NCBI RefSeq assembly: GCF_963921235.1
Contig: NC_086097.1
Location: 93,064,001-93,128,000, forward strand
DNA: 64,000 nucleotides
Source of the DNA: Mobula hypostoma
Taxonomy: Eukaryota
Reading direction: 5' to 3'
Positions 1 to 12,687 of the stretch are shown in pieces. The notes beneath the pieces are model-generated. The model made no database searches. It was not told the DNA's origin and worked only from the letters and a program-made list of their open reading frames with translations. Positions within the stretch are counted from its first letter, which is position 1. Each line of letters opens with the position of its first letter. The position numbers were made by a program, and so were the translations under genes.

Positions 1-156
1 TTGGATTGTGGGAGGAAACTGCAGCACCCAGGGAAAATCAACGCATTCCACATGGAGAATATACAGAGATTCTTACAGAAGATGCTGAGATTGAACTCTG
101 AACTGTGACACCCTGAGCTGTACTGCATCATGCTAGCTGCTACACTACCATAGCGC
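1..156 (-). mobile_element. V-SINE/HE1-like tRNA-derived SINE fragment
   Basis: ttggattgtgggaggaaactgcagcaccc..gaaaatcaacgca is the reverse complement of the V-domain motif. Similar pieces occur at about 42740-42830, 47330-47590 and 53695-54540. Confidence 0.6.
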
Positions 157-699
157 CTTGTGGAATATACCTAATATCAATCAAAACAGTAGAAGGTGCC
201 ACCGACAGTTCCCACCTCACTGATACACAGTTGTGAATTCCTCTTGACTCTTATTCCAGGCGTCATCTTATCCTTGAACTAAACATGGAGAAAGGAAATG
301 AATTCCAGGCGCTAGATGCCTTCTTTGTGAAGGCAGCATTTAACTGACTGTACATAAGGGAGTTCTAATAAAATTGAAATGGGGTTAGAAGAGGGAATAG
401 CTTTCACTAGTTTGAATCCTGCTTTTCACCAAGGAGAGTGGTTGAAAGTTGTGAAAGAAATGTTGTGAACAATCTTTTAAGGGGGTCACCAAGGCCAGCT
501 ACTTGTTCTCACATTTTCCCACCTCCCCCAGATATTGATAATATTCAGGCAAATGCTGACAAGTGTTGGTTCCTGCCTGAATTTGTTTTTATTGATGCAA
601 CAAGTGTCTAACTGTTTCTTTAGCCATTCAGTAGCATTTCCAAATTAGCCTAAAGTAATTATTGTAGGGTTTTCCTTTAATTTAAAAGGAATTAGACAA

Positions 700-1190
700 G
701 CTACACACAGCAGGTCAAAGGCTGGTTGTTCTGCAACTCCTGTCCCACCTCATGACTTTTCAACTTATTCCACCACTTACAGTAATCAGGGATGCATGGA
801 TAAGCACAGCTCCACCTATACAAAAACTACATAGAATCCAGGACAAAGCAACTACTTTTGTAGGCATTCCATGCATCCCACCACCTCCTCTGCAATGTAC
901 CTTTTTTAAGGTGCTCTCAAGCCATTTAAAATTTCATTTTGATGGCTGTTGTCAGTGATCACCTGGATGGGCAAAGGTAGGAGTGTCATCGGAGCCTGCA
1001 AGTGTCCTTCCATGTCACAACATCCTGACTTGGAAATATTTTGCTTCATTATCACTGTGTCAAAATTCTGAAGCTTGGTCTCAGTTCTTTCAGAGTTGCA
1101 GTGGTTCAAGGTGAAAGTTCACCACCATCTTACAACTGCCCTTGAGATAGCTGATACTTACTTGCTTTAAATTAGAAGAGATTGTCTGTA
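700..1190 (+). mobile_element. Decayed CR1/L2-group LINE 3' end
   Basis: Degenerate C-terminal ORF (AWISTAPP..QKLHRIQDKA) followed by a gcagtggttcaag..caccaccatctt tail. Confidence 0.45.
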
Positions 1191-1584
1191 ATGCCCATAT
1201 CTCTTAATAAAACCAAAAAATAAATAATAAACTGAATTCATTCTCAAATTACCATGATTATATTTCATTTGGTGTTCTTTTGTTGAAAGACAGTTGCCCT
1301 AGTGATACACTTGGGAAATAGTACGCTATCAAAATTATTGTCTTTAAAATACGTTAAATTGCTCTGGCAGAAGCACAAGCCCTCCCATGCTATTCCTTTA
1401 TTTTTCAAGGGAAAAATGTTGAAAGTAGTGTGGAAATGTTAGTTGAGGTGATGTTGTATTTATGTCCTCCTCAGTGCCCCTTTAACATTGTACAGTGTCC
1501 TTCCAATGGAGCAGTTTTTAAAAAAAAAAAGAGCACATGACTGAAGCCGGTTTGTTGACAGGGCTCATTCATTATGCACCAAGT

Positions 1585-1925
1585 CTTCTGTTGTGGGCAA
1601 TCATGGTCTTACCATGATTGTTCTTGACAGATTTTTCTTGCAGAAGTGGTTTGCTATTACCTTCTGGGCTGTGTCCTTACAAGACTGGTGAGCCCAGCCA
1701 TTATCAATACTCTTCAGAGATTGTCTGCCTGGTGTCAGTGGTTGCAGAACTTCTGATATTCACCAGCTGCTCGTACAACCATCCACCACCTGCTCTCATG
1801 GCTTCACGTGACCCTGCTCAGTAAATAGGTGCTACACCTTGCCCAAAGATGACCTGCAGGCTAGCGGAGAGCAGGAGTGCCCCACACCTCCCTTGGTAGA
1901 GGTGTATCTCCCACTCCGCCACCCA
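1585..1925 (-). mobile_element. RTE-related non-autonomous retroposon/SINE
   Basis: Reverse-complement copy of 23655-24030; carries an RTE/BovB-like gaagg(c/t)aatagcaaaccacttc motif. Confidence 0.6.
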
Positions 1926-2944
1926 AGTTAACAGAGCAGAAGTGAAAAAGGATGAAGTAAGACTGGCAGCAAACATAAAAGGGAATCCAGAAACATTCTG
2001 TAGGCAAGTGAAGAGGAGAAGGTTGTAAGAGGCGAGTTGCTGGGGCTAATCAGAGATCAATAAAGAAATCTTGCGCAGGCAGAAAGCATGGCTAATATAC
2101 TGAATGAGTATTTGTGCCGATCTTCGTCACAGAAGTTGTTACTCAAGCCTCAGAAAGGATGAAGTGGTTAATTTTCTGAAAAGGTAGTGGGGAGGCACTC
2201 GGAGCAATAGGTCAAAATCAGCGGTCACTTCGACTGATGGATTGATTGGAGAAAGCCAGCATGATGTGGTAAACTAACCAGCAACAGAGTTTTTGATGTG
2301 TAAGGAAATTGATGAGACATAGTTATTTTATATATGGACTTCCAGAAGGCAGTTGAATGGCATCAACAGAAATTGTTAACTCTTATCAGTTGTCACGTAT
2401 TTGCAGCATTTTCTGTTTTCTGTTTTATTTCTGATTACTAGTTTTTTTTTATTATTTACAAACATGTCATCAATGTTGAAGGCAGTGGAAAGAAAGGTGT
2501 ATCAACCCTGCTCTAATTGCCACCCCTTAGGACAGATGTGAAAGTATCAGAGAGCTACCCTAGTGATTTACCAACATTGTTCCCGCGCTGAGGAGCTAGT
2601 TATTGTATGTTGATATACTGAAGAAGTTGGATTGTTCTTTTGAACAGCGGAAGTTGTGAGGGGTTCTTAGTCGACATTTTTCATGATTTTGAACATTAAG
2701 TAGAATGAACATTATTCCCAGTAGCCAGGGGAATGAGGTGTTTTAACAGAAGAGCAATCAGTGAAATAGGGAGGGGGAATTATCTGAATTGTTAGTGGAA
2801 GTGTATTTAAAGGGGAGTTTCCTCAGCATCTTTAAAGAAAATTTACAGGACCACTGCCATGAGGGCAGTGGTGTGAAACTACCTAGATTGTTACTTTGAA
2901 GCGAATATAGACTCAGTGGGCCATAAGTAGTGATGCAGTAAATC

Positions 2945-4036
2945 CTATTATCACTGTCATATGTTGTAAAATGTGTTTGGTAGCAGTACAGTGCAATGCA
3001 TTAAATACCATGTTACAATAAGAATCTCAAAAATAAATAGTGCAAAAAGAGCAAAATAATATGGCAGTGTTCATGGGCCATTCAGACATCTAACTGAGGA
3101 GGGGAGAAAGCTGTTCTTAAAACATTGAGTGTGCTTCTTCAGGCTTTTTGCCTCTGCCTAAAAGTACTAATGAGAAGATGGCATGTACTGGATGGTGTGT
3201 CCTTAATGGCAGATGGCTGCCTCTTCGAGGTGCCATTTTATGAGGATGTTGTCAATGATGGAGCTGGCTGAGTGTTCAACCCTCTGCAGCCTCTTGTGAT
3301 CCTGTGCATTGGAGGCTCCGGATCTGGCAGTGATTCAACCAGAAAAATGAAGTACATGGTACATCTGTAGAAATTTCTTAGAGTCTTTGACATACCAAAT
3401 CTCAAAATCTTCATGAGATATAGTCGTTGGTGTGCTGCCTTTGTAATTGCATCAATATGTTGGGCCCAGGGTAGGTCCTTCGAGATGTTGATGCCCAAGA
3501 ACATGAAGCTACTTACCCTTTCCAGTACTGACCCCTTAATGAGGACTGGTGGGTATACTTCTGACTTCCCCTTCCTGAAGTTGACAATCAATTCCTTGGA
3601 CTTACTGACATTGAGTGCAAGGTTGTTGTTGTGACATAACTCAACCAGTGATCTCATTCACTCCTCGTCACTACCTGAAATTTGGCCAGCAGCAGTTGTG
3701 CCATTGGTAAATTTACAGGTGATGTTTGAGCTGTGCCAAGCTACATTGTCATGTTTATAGAGAGTAGAGCAGTGGGAAAGGCACTCATCCTTGAGGTTCA
3801 GCTACGTTGATTGTCAGTGAGGAGATGTTATTTCCAATCTGGATTGGCTGTGGTCTCCTAGTGAGGAAGTTAAGCATTCAGTTGCAGATAGAGGTACAGA
3901 GCCTCAGGTTTTGAAACTTGTTGATTAATACTGGGGGAGTGATGAAGTTGAATGCTGAGATGTAATCAATTAACAACTTGAGGTGGGTACTGCTATTGTC
4001 TGTCAGATGGTCCAAGGCCGAGTGGAGAGCTAGTGA
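2945..4036 (-). mobile_element. Rex1/Babar-type LINE (RT C-terminus + 3' UTR), resuming at about 5240-5390
   Basis: ORF 3238-3657 has LALNVSKSKELIVNFRK..FMFLGINIS..HQRLY..NFYRCT; the segment after 5240 encodes a VMKCFER-like motif on the minus strand. Confidence 0.8.
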
Positions 4037-5240
4037 CTGTAAATTCCGGTGTATAAGCCAAGAATTTGACCCGAAATTTTGGTCCTAAAATTAGGGGGTC
4101 GGTTTATACAGAGGGTGCCAACTTTGGAAAAATGAATACACTGAAGACAGGCAGTAATTATTGGCTGTTTTTGAGTCAAATTCGTTCCACTGTCAACGCA
4201 TGAATTCTTTGAATGGTTTGTTTAAACTCGCATCTAGTGGCTGGAGCACAGACATCAAACCATCGGGGATGACTGCAGTGTCCGTATTTTCAACCTTCAG
4301 TGCTGCTTTTGTCTCACCTGACAAGTGTGCTTTGAATATGTCCCAGACAAGTAGCAACTTTTCCTTCCCGAAACCTTCGGGATGTCAATGCCACACCTCT
4401 TTAACCCACTTCAAGCAACCTGCTTCGTCCATCCCGCAGCGTTTTTGGACGTAAGCAACAACACCTCGTGGGAATTTTCTGAGCAGTCTTTGTTTTTGTC
4501 TCAACACAAGATCACGTCTATTCATAAATCAGGTGCACCAACTTCGCGTAGCTTTGAAATTTTCGCTGACCTCACATTGTTTTTCATCCCATTTCAACGC
4601 TTGAACTCGAATCATTTCTCTGGTGACAATGTATCCAGACAATCGCTGGTGATTCACCCACTCTAAAACTTTTTCTTCCAGTTCTGGCCACTGGCATGTT
4701 TTCCCGCGGTTTGCACATTTCTCCATTCTCTCACTTGTTTCTCGTTTACACTAAACTTCTTAACAGCTGCAGAATTATTCGTTCCTTTAGCAAAATCAAC
4801 AACCTTCAGCTTGAAGCCAGCATCATATCACATTGGTTTTAATCTTTTGTACATGGTGGTTGCAAACTCAATACTGAGTACACGTACTGATCCCGCCACC
4901 CTGGGTTCTGTTTTAATGAGATTGTGATGGGCGCTAAATGGTTTCACGGGGGTTACATTTCAGAGGATTCTTTACCATTGGAGACCTAATCCAAAATTTC
5001 CCTCCCTGATTTATTTATTAAGAATTCGCTTATAACGCTGTACAATGTTGTAGGCCTGTTTTCTTAGCAGGTACTGGTTCACAAAATTTCCAGGTTCCGG
5101 ATCCGGCAAAGCTGAGTACCGGCATGTGAGATCTTGTGATCTTTTCTGGTTAAATCAAAAACCTCTACAAAAGAGGTCGGCTTATACAAAAGTAACATGA
5201 AAAGGTTACTTTTTTTAACCTTGAAAATGGAGGGTCGACC
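4037..5240 (-). mobile_element. Internally deleted pogo-superfamily DNA transposon (DD35D, Passer/POGK-like)
   Basis: Minus-strand translation gives a Brinker-type DBD (YDAGFKLKVVDFAKGTNNSAAVKKFSVNEKQVREWR), a CENP-B HTH (WPELEEKVLEWV..VTREMIRVQA) and a DDE piece (LLVWDIFKAH..VIPDGLMSVLQPLDASLNKPFK) with 35 aa between the Ds. TIR-like CTGTAAATTCCGGTGTATAAGCC at 4037; ggtcgg(c/t)ttataca subterminal repeats. Confidence 0.85.
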
Positions 5241-6629
5241 TGCAGCAGGTTCAGGTCCTTTTTAGGGAGTTAATTCTAAACATGATTAAATCGCTCAAAG
5301 CACTTCATCACAGAATGTGTGAATGCTCCCCAGATAATAGTCAATTGAGGCAGCTCACCTCGCTCTTCTTGGGCACTGGTATGATTGAGCACAACTTCTG
5401 GAGGTAAATAGTAATCTGTTTCCACAACAAGATTGCACTACAGCTTTGAGGTAATTGAAAAACTGATCTGCTCTGGTGTTGTTTATGAAGGCAGAATGCC
5501 GCCTATCTAGCTGGAGAGCTTTGCTCCACGAGTTGCATTGTGAGAACTTGAGTATGACAGCATGTTATTTTGACATCACAAAGTATTATCACAGAAAATC
5601 CTGGGAACACTCAGGATAGGTGACTTCTGTGGAAAAAGAAACAGTGTTAAAGGTTTAGGTCTGAGACCACACCGTTCTCTCCCACCTGAAATATTAGCTT
5701 TGTCTTTTTCAAGAAATGCTGTCTGACCTGCTGAGTGTTTCCAGCTTTTTCTGTTTCTATTTTTGATTTACAACATCAGGAGTAGCAGTCATTTAACCAC
5801 GGAGTGATTATTCAAGCCACAATCTTCTGACTTGGAGATGACTGCAATAAGTTGAGTAATCAAGCCACATGTTTGGCTGATTCCTCGAAATACTATATTT
5901 GTCCTTGGCACTCATCAGGCAAAAGAATAACAAGGTTGAGGCATGGTTAACATCTACTGTAGCACCGTATCCAAAACTAGGACCATCTTTACAGAATAAT
6001 AATTAGTATAAAATCCAGTGGGAAATTTGAGCCAAGTATCTTTAGTCACAAGGAAGAATTTGACATTGAAGCTTGGTGAAATAGTTGGGGTTGCAGGCTT
6101 AAGCATGTCTAAGGGGAAGCTGGATAAATGCACAAGGGAGAAAAGACAAGTTAATAGATGAGTTAAGTTGTGTGGAGTAATAGAATGTCATGAATCTATT
6201 GGGCCCAAAGTAACTTCGCTGCACTTTCTAGTGTCTATTGTTAGGTGAGAACAAGATCTCTTTGCTTTAAGGCATTTCATAATATTGTCAAATAAGTGAT
6301 TTTATATGTTAATAAATTTTGATATTAATATGAATAGAGGGTTAAAGGGAAATCAATTGTGGAAAAAGAAACTAGTTGCTCATTAGTTGGTGGAATATTA
6401 TTCGCATGGTACCACCAGGCCAGTACTGGGTGCTTAGCCGTTCACAAATTGCACTGGCTGGAGATAGCATTCACCTTAAGCAGCTTATATTACTTTATGG
6501 ACTAAGTGAGAAGGTGCTTCACCTTTCTTCCTGCTTCCATACACAGGAGAACACCTGCATTTCCACACAGGACTCTTGGTGTTGCCTCTGATAACTTGCA
6601 TGAAAATACAGATGGTAATTGCATCAAAT

Positions 6630-8403
6630 AAGTACTTTAATAAGTACTTTGTAAGTATCAAAGTACTTTAATAAGTACTTTGGATCTGTCTTCACTAGGG
6701 AAGACACAAGCAATCTCCCAGATGTATGGATGGGCCAAGGACAGAGGGTAACAGAGGAACTGAAACAGATTGACATTAGGAAGGAAACGGTGATGAGTAG
6801 ACTGATGGGACTGAAGGCTAACACATCCCCAGGTCCAGATGGTCGGCATCCTAGGGTACTAAAGGAGGTGGCTCTGGAAATTGCAGATGCATTGGTGATC
6901 ATTTTCCAATATTCCTTAGATTCAGGATCAGTTCCTGAGAATTGGCGAATGGCTAATGTTATCCCACTTTTTAAGAAAGGAGGGAGGGAGAAAACAGAGA
7001 ACTATCCCCCTGTTAGCCTAACATCAGTAGTGGGGAAGATGCTAGAGTCCATTATTAAAGATGAAATAGCGGCATATCTTGATAGCAGTGATAAGATTGG
7101 GCTGAGCCAGCATGGATTTACCAAGGGCAAATCATGCTTGACTAATCTATTGGGAGTTTTTCGAGGATGTAACCAGGAAGGTAGACGCGGGAGATCCAGT
7201 GGATGTGGTGTACCTTGACTTTCAGAAGGCATTTGATAAGTACCACGTAGGAGATTGGTGGGTAAAATCAGAGCTCATGGCATTGGTGGGGAGGATATTG
7301 ACATGGATAGAAAACTGGTTGGCAGATAGAAAGCAAAGGGTAGCAGTGAATGGGTGTTTCTCGGAATGGCAGGTGGTGACTAGTGGGGTGCCACAGGCCT
7401 TGGTATTGGGACCCCAGCTGTTTACGATTTACGTCAATGACTTAGAGGAAGGCATTGTGAATAACATCAGCAAGTTTGCTGATGATACTAAGCTGGGTGG
7501 CAGTGTGACGTGATGAGGATGTTAGGAGAATTCAAGGTGACTTGGATAGGTTGGGTGAGTGGGCAGAAATTTGGCAGATGGCGTTTAATGTGAATAAGTG
7601 TGAGGTTATTCACTTTGGGAGCAAGAATAGGAAGGCGGATTATTATGTGAACAGTGTGGAGTTAGGTAAGGGTGAAATACAAAGAGATCTAGGAGTACTT
7701 GTTCATCAGTCTCTGAAGGTGAATGAGCAAGTGCAGCAGGCAGTGAAGAAGGCTAATGGAATGTTGGCCTTTATTACAAAGGGAATTGAGTACAAAAGCA
7801 AGGAAATCCTTTTGCATTTGTACAGGGACCTGGTGAGACCACACCTGGAGTATTGTGTGCAGTTTTGGTCTCCAGGATTAAGGAAGGACATCCTGGCTGT
7901 GGAGGAGGTGCAGCGTAGGTTCACTAGGTTAATTCCTGGGATGTCCGGACTGTCTTACGCAGAGAGGTTAGAGAGACTGGGCTTGTCCACGCTGGAATTA
8001 AGGAGATTGAGGGGGGATCTGATTGAGACGTATAAGATTATTAAGGGATTGGACAAGATAGAGGCAGGAAATATGTTCCAGATACTGGGAGAGTCCAGTA
8101 CCAGAGGGCATGGTTTAAGAATAAGGGGTAGATCATTTAGGACAGAGTTGAGGAGGAACAACTTCTCCCAGAGAGTTGTGGAGGTGTGGAACGTGCTGCC
8201 TCAGAAGGCAGTGGAGGCCAATTCTCTGGATGCTTTCAAGAAGGAGCTAGATAGGTAGATAGGTATCTTATGGCTAGGGGAATCAAGGGCTATGGGAACA
8301 AGGCAGGAACCGGCTATTGATAGTAGATGATCAGCCATGATCTCAGAATGGTGGTGCAGGCTCGAAGGGCGGAATGGTCTACTTCTGCACCTATTGTCTA
8401 TTG
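6630..8403 (+). mobile_element. 5'-truncated CR1 LINE (RT), frameshifted
   Basis: SPGPDG, SQHGF.KGKSCLTNL, YLDFQKAFD, SGVPQ, FADDTK, RPHLEYCVQFWSP motifs; (ctattgt)n tail; candidate TSD TCAAAT at 6624-6629 and 8404-8409. Confidence 0.92.
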
Positions 8404-8666
8404 TCAAATTTACAAGCAATGCTTGTAGGTCAATGGAGTTGGAACATTTCATCTTTGACCTGGAAAGTTAACTCTGTTTCTTGTCCTACAAATGCAGCCT
8501 AGCCTGCAGAGTATTTCCAGCAATTTTTATATTTTAGTTGTCTATATAAATTAATGATGATTAGAGCTGGAGTTTGATGGAACAAGAAAAATACGGCAAG
8601 GGTCTCCTGGTTTACTTGAATTGTCAAAGACTCTTACAATTTAACTGTTGAATGTTCATTTAGAAA

Positions 8667-10638
8667 TAAATGATAAAGAAGAGAGAGATGTATGACATGT
8701 ATAGGAAACAGGGAGCAAATAAGGTGCTTGAGGAGTATAAAAAGTACAAGAAAATACTTAAGAAAGAAATCAGGAGGTCTAAAAGAAGACATGGGGTTGT
8801 TTTGGCAGTCAAGGTGAAGGATAATCCAAAGAGCTTCCACAGGTATGTTAAGAGCAAAAGGATAATAAAGGGTAAAATTGGTCCTGTTGAGGATCAGAGT
8901 GGTCGGCTATGTATGGAACCAAAAGAAATGGGGGAGATCTTGTGGGTTTTTTGTGTCTGTATTTACTAAGGAAACTGGCATGGAGTCAGTGGAAATAAGG
9001 CAAACAAGCAGTGAGGTCAGGAAACCTATACAGATTGAGGAGGAGGAGGTGCCTGCTACCTTGAGGCAAATCAGAGTAGATAAATCCCCAGGACCTTACA
9101 GGGTATTCCCTCGGACCTTGAAGGAGACTAGTGTTGAAATTGTAGGGGCCCTAGCAGATATATTTAAAATGCCGGTATCTACGGGTGAGGTGCTGGAGGA
9201 TTGGAGGATAGCTCATGTTGTTCTGTTACTTTAAAAAAAAAAGGCTGTAAAAGTAATCTGGGAAATTATAGGCCGGTAAATTTAACGTCGGTAGTAGGTA
9301 AATTATTGGAAGGAGTACTGAGAGATAGGATCTATAAGTATTTGGATAGACAGGGACTTATCAAGGAGAGTCAACATGGCTTTGTCACATTTAATCTATC
9401 TATTAGAATTTTTCGAGGAGGTTACCAGGAAAGTGGATGAAGGGAAGGCAGTGGATGATGTCTATATGGACTTCAGTAAGGCCTTTGACAAGGTCCCGCA
9501 TGGGAGGTTAGTTAGGAAGATTCAGTCGTTAGGTATGCATGGAGAGGTAGTAAATTGGATTAGACATTGGCTCAATGGAAGAAGCCAGAGAGTGGTAGTG
9601 GAGGATTGCTTCTCTGACTGGAGGCCTGTGACTAGTGGTGTGCCACAGGGATCAGTGCTGGGTCCATTGTTACTTGTCAACTATATCAATAATCTGGATG
9701 ATAATGTGGTAAATTGGATCAGCAAATTTGCTGATGATACAAAGATCGGAGGTGTAGTGGACAGTGAGGAAGGTTTTCAAAGCTTGCAGAGGGATTTGGA
9801 CCAGCTGGAAAAATGGGCTGAAAAATGGCAGATTGAGTTTAATACAGGCAGTGTGAGGTATTGCACTTTGGAAGGACAAACTGAGGTAGAACATACAAGG
9901 TAAATGGTAGGGCACTGAGGAGTGCAGTGGAACGGAGGGATCTGGGAATACATACAAAATTCCCTAAAAGTGGTGTCACGGGTAGATAGGGTCGTAAAGA
10001 GAGCTGTTGGTACATTGGCCTTTATAAATCAAAGTATTGAATATAAGAGTTGGAATGTTATGGTGAGGTTGTATAAGGCATTGGTGAGGCCAAATTTGGA
10101 GTATTGTGTTTAGTTTTGGTCACCAAATTACAGGAAGGATATTAATAAGGTTGAAAGACTGCAGAGAAGGTTTACGAGGATGTTGCCGGGACTTGAGAAA
10201 CTGAGTTACAGAGAAAGGTTGAATAGGTTAGGACTTTATTCCCTGGAGCGTAGAAGAATGAGGGGAGATTTGATAGAGGTATATAAAATTATGATGGGTA
10301 TAGATAGAGTGAATACGAGCAGGCTTTTTCCACTGAGGCTAGGGGAGAAAAAAACTAGAGGACATGGGTGAAGGGGGAAAAGTTTAAAGGGAACATTGGG
10401 GTGGGGGGGCTTCTTCACACAGGGAGTGGTGGGAGTATGGAATGCGCTGGCAGCTGAAGTGGTAAATGAGGGCTCACTTTTAACATTTAAGAAAAACTTG
10501 GACAGGTACATGGATGGGAGGTGTATGGAGGGATATGGTCCAGGTGCAGGTCAGTGGGACTAGGCAGAAAAATGGTTCGGCACAGCCAAGAAGGGCCAAA
10601 AGGCCTCTTTCTGTGCTGTAATGGTCTATGGTTCTATG
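8667..10638 (+). mobile_element. 5'-truncated CR1 LINE, second subfamily
   Basis: KDNPKSFHRYVKSKR, YMDFSKAFDKVPH, SGVPQGSVLGP, FADDTK, RPNLEYCV motifs; ctatggttctatg tail. Confidence 0.92.
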
Positions 10639-12687
10639 AATCTGAATCAAGATCAATATGTTCAACAGCGATAGCAGTGTTTCTCTGAAAGTTCTGTCGT
10701 TACTTCTCATAAACGTACAAGTTAAGAAGCCTTTGTGTTCTCAAAAGTTAGTGAGCAACCTTAGATTTTGCCAAACCGACATTTTCTAAGAATCAAGAAA
10801 TGTCCCAATTGGATTAATTCCAATCGCAAATCTTTTTTTTAAAGTTTCCTTTTTCTGTTCTATGTAATTAAATTCAGAAATTTGGACTTATAATTATAAG
10901 TTGTGTCCTTTTGACTTCAGTTTATCATTCAGCTGATTACTTCTGTTTTGCTGTTTCTTTGCAAGCTAAAGCAGGATTTTTTATTTTTGGAGATAAAATT
11001 TTGTTTTATTTTCGACTAGATATTTGGCTAGAGTTTCTAATGCAATTTTATGTCTGAACCCTAAAGCTAAATAAAAAATTCTTATTTGAGGTCCATACTT
11101 ATCTGAAGGTGAGGTTATGGTCCACTTATTTCATCCTATCTGTTAATTATTGTCAGAGCCTTTTACTACTTGATATGTCTACTGAGATGCACACACCAAA
11201 TCGGGTGTCATTTTGAGACTATTTCATTAGTTAATCGTAGCAGGAAGAATTTACTATAATTTTCTGTGGTAAACTGTTTACGATCTCAGATGTTTTTCAT
11301 GCTTCATATTTGCTCATCATTTAAGGAGGAAGCTCTTTATCCTATTAAGCCTGTTTCAACATTCAGACCAATCCTATCATCAATTCCATTCCTTCAGTTA
11401 CTTCCCAGTAACCTATTCTTTCATATTCCCATTAACCACACCGCCCCACCTCTGGTATTAAAGCTCCAGGCATTTTTTTGAATGCGCTAACAATTTAGGT
11501 TTTGATTTGAGTGCATGAAGGAGTATGTTGCCTCTCTGTCTGTACACTTGGCACCCTTGTGCCTGCTGGTTTGCATTGTCTTCTGATCCAGAAGTACCTC
11601 AAATTTAAAATCCTTGTACTAGTGATCACGTTTTCCATGGCTTTGGCCCTTCGCCCTCTATTCATCTTCAGACATAATAACTCTGGAGTTCTTTGACCTC
11701 CATGGTTTCTGCCATCTGAGCCCAAACTCTGTAATTTCCTTTCTAAACGCCTGCTCTAAGCTGCTCCCAGAGACCAAATTTTCACCAAATTTCATTGCAT
11801 ATGATGATGTACTTTAATGTTGCTCAAGTTGTGTGAATATTACTTCTGTAAAGTGCTCCAGGGAAGTTTTCAGGGGCACTTGAAAATGCACTATCAGTGC
11901 ATCAGGTTGTCAAGGATCAGGTTGAAATTGCCTAGGATGTACCTTTGCAATTGCACAATCATTCAACATCATTGGGGTGAAGTTTCGTAGGTAGAAAAAT
12001 ACTTCACATAAATTGGTGCTTTAGTTGAAGACTATATAGGGATATTATGAATACCATGATGTAGTGAGATTGAGAGACTGCTATTCTGGATTAAGCTACT
12101 TAACTCTATTGAGGCCTGTTTCCTGTAAGCAAGCTTTGTACAGTTGGTACCCTGCACATTGATGAGAGAAATATGGAGATTATCTACATTGATAAGTTTT
12201 GGATACTTACCCTTAGTAGACTGCATACCAGAGGAGGCATCATAATTTTATGTGCAAAGTTGTGCTAATACACACTGAGATTCATATTACTTTTCAGGAC
12301 AGGTATAGAAAACTCTTTCAAAGCACCTTTCACAAGCAAGATACCGCAAACTTTAATAGTGTTTGAATTTTAGCCACTATTTTGAGTGTAAACAGCAAAT
12401 TGCTATGCAGTGCTGTTTTAGACAATACAATCCTGTCCATATAATACAGAATCTCATATTTTTGCAAGAATATATTCTGCCTATTACCATAGGAAGAACT
12501 AGGTTCCTGTAATTTTTTTTTAGTATTTGTTTGAGAGATCAAATGAGTGTGCTTGGTTTAACACTTCATAGAAAAGATATTAACTTCTGATACGTGGTAC
12601 TTCCTCAGTACCAAATTCCATGCAGCTGACTGGATTTTCTTTTACAAAGTCTGTGATCTGGACCTCAACCTGCCCCCTTCTGAATGA

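Noticed and set aside
6730..10371. Intact, active reverse transcriptase genes
   Set aside because: Both CR1 copies are 5'-truncated with frameshifts and stops.
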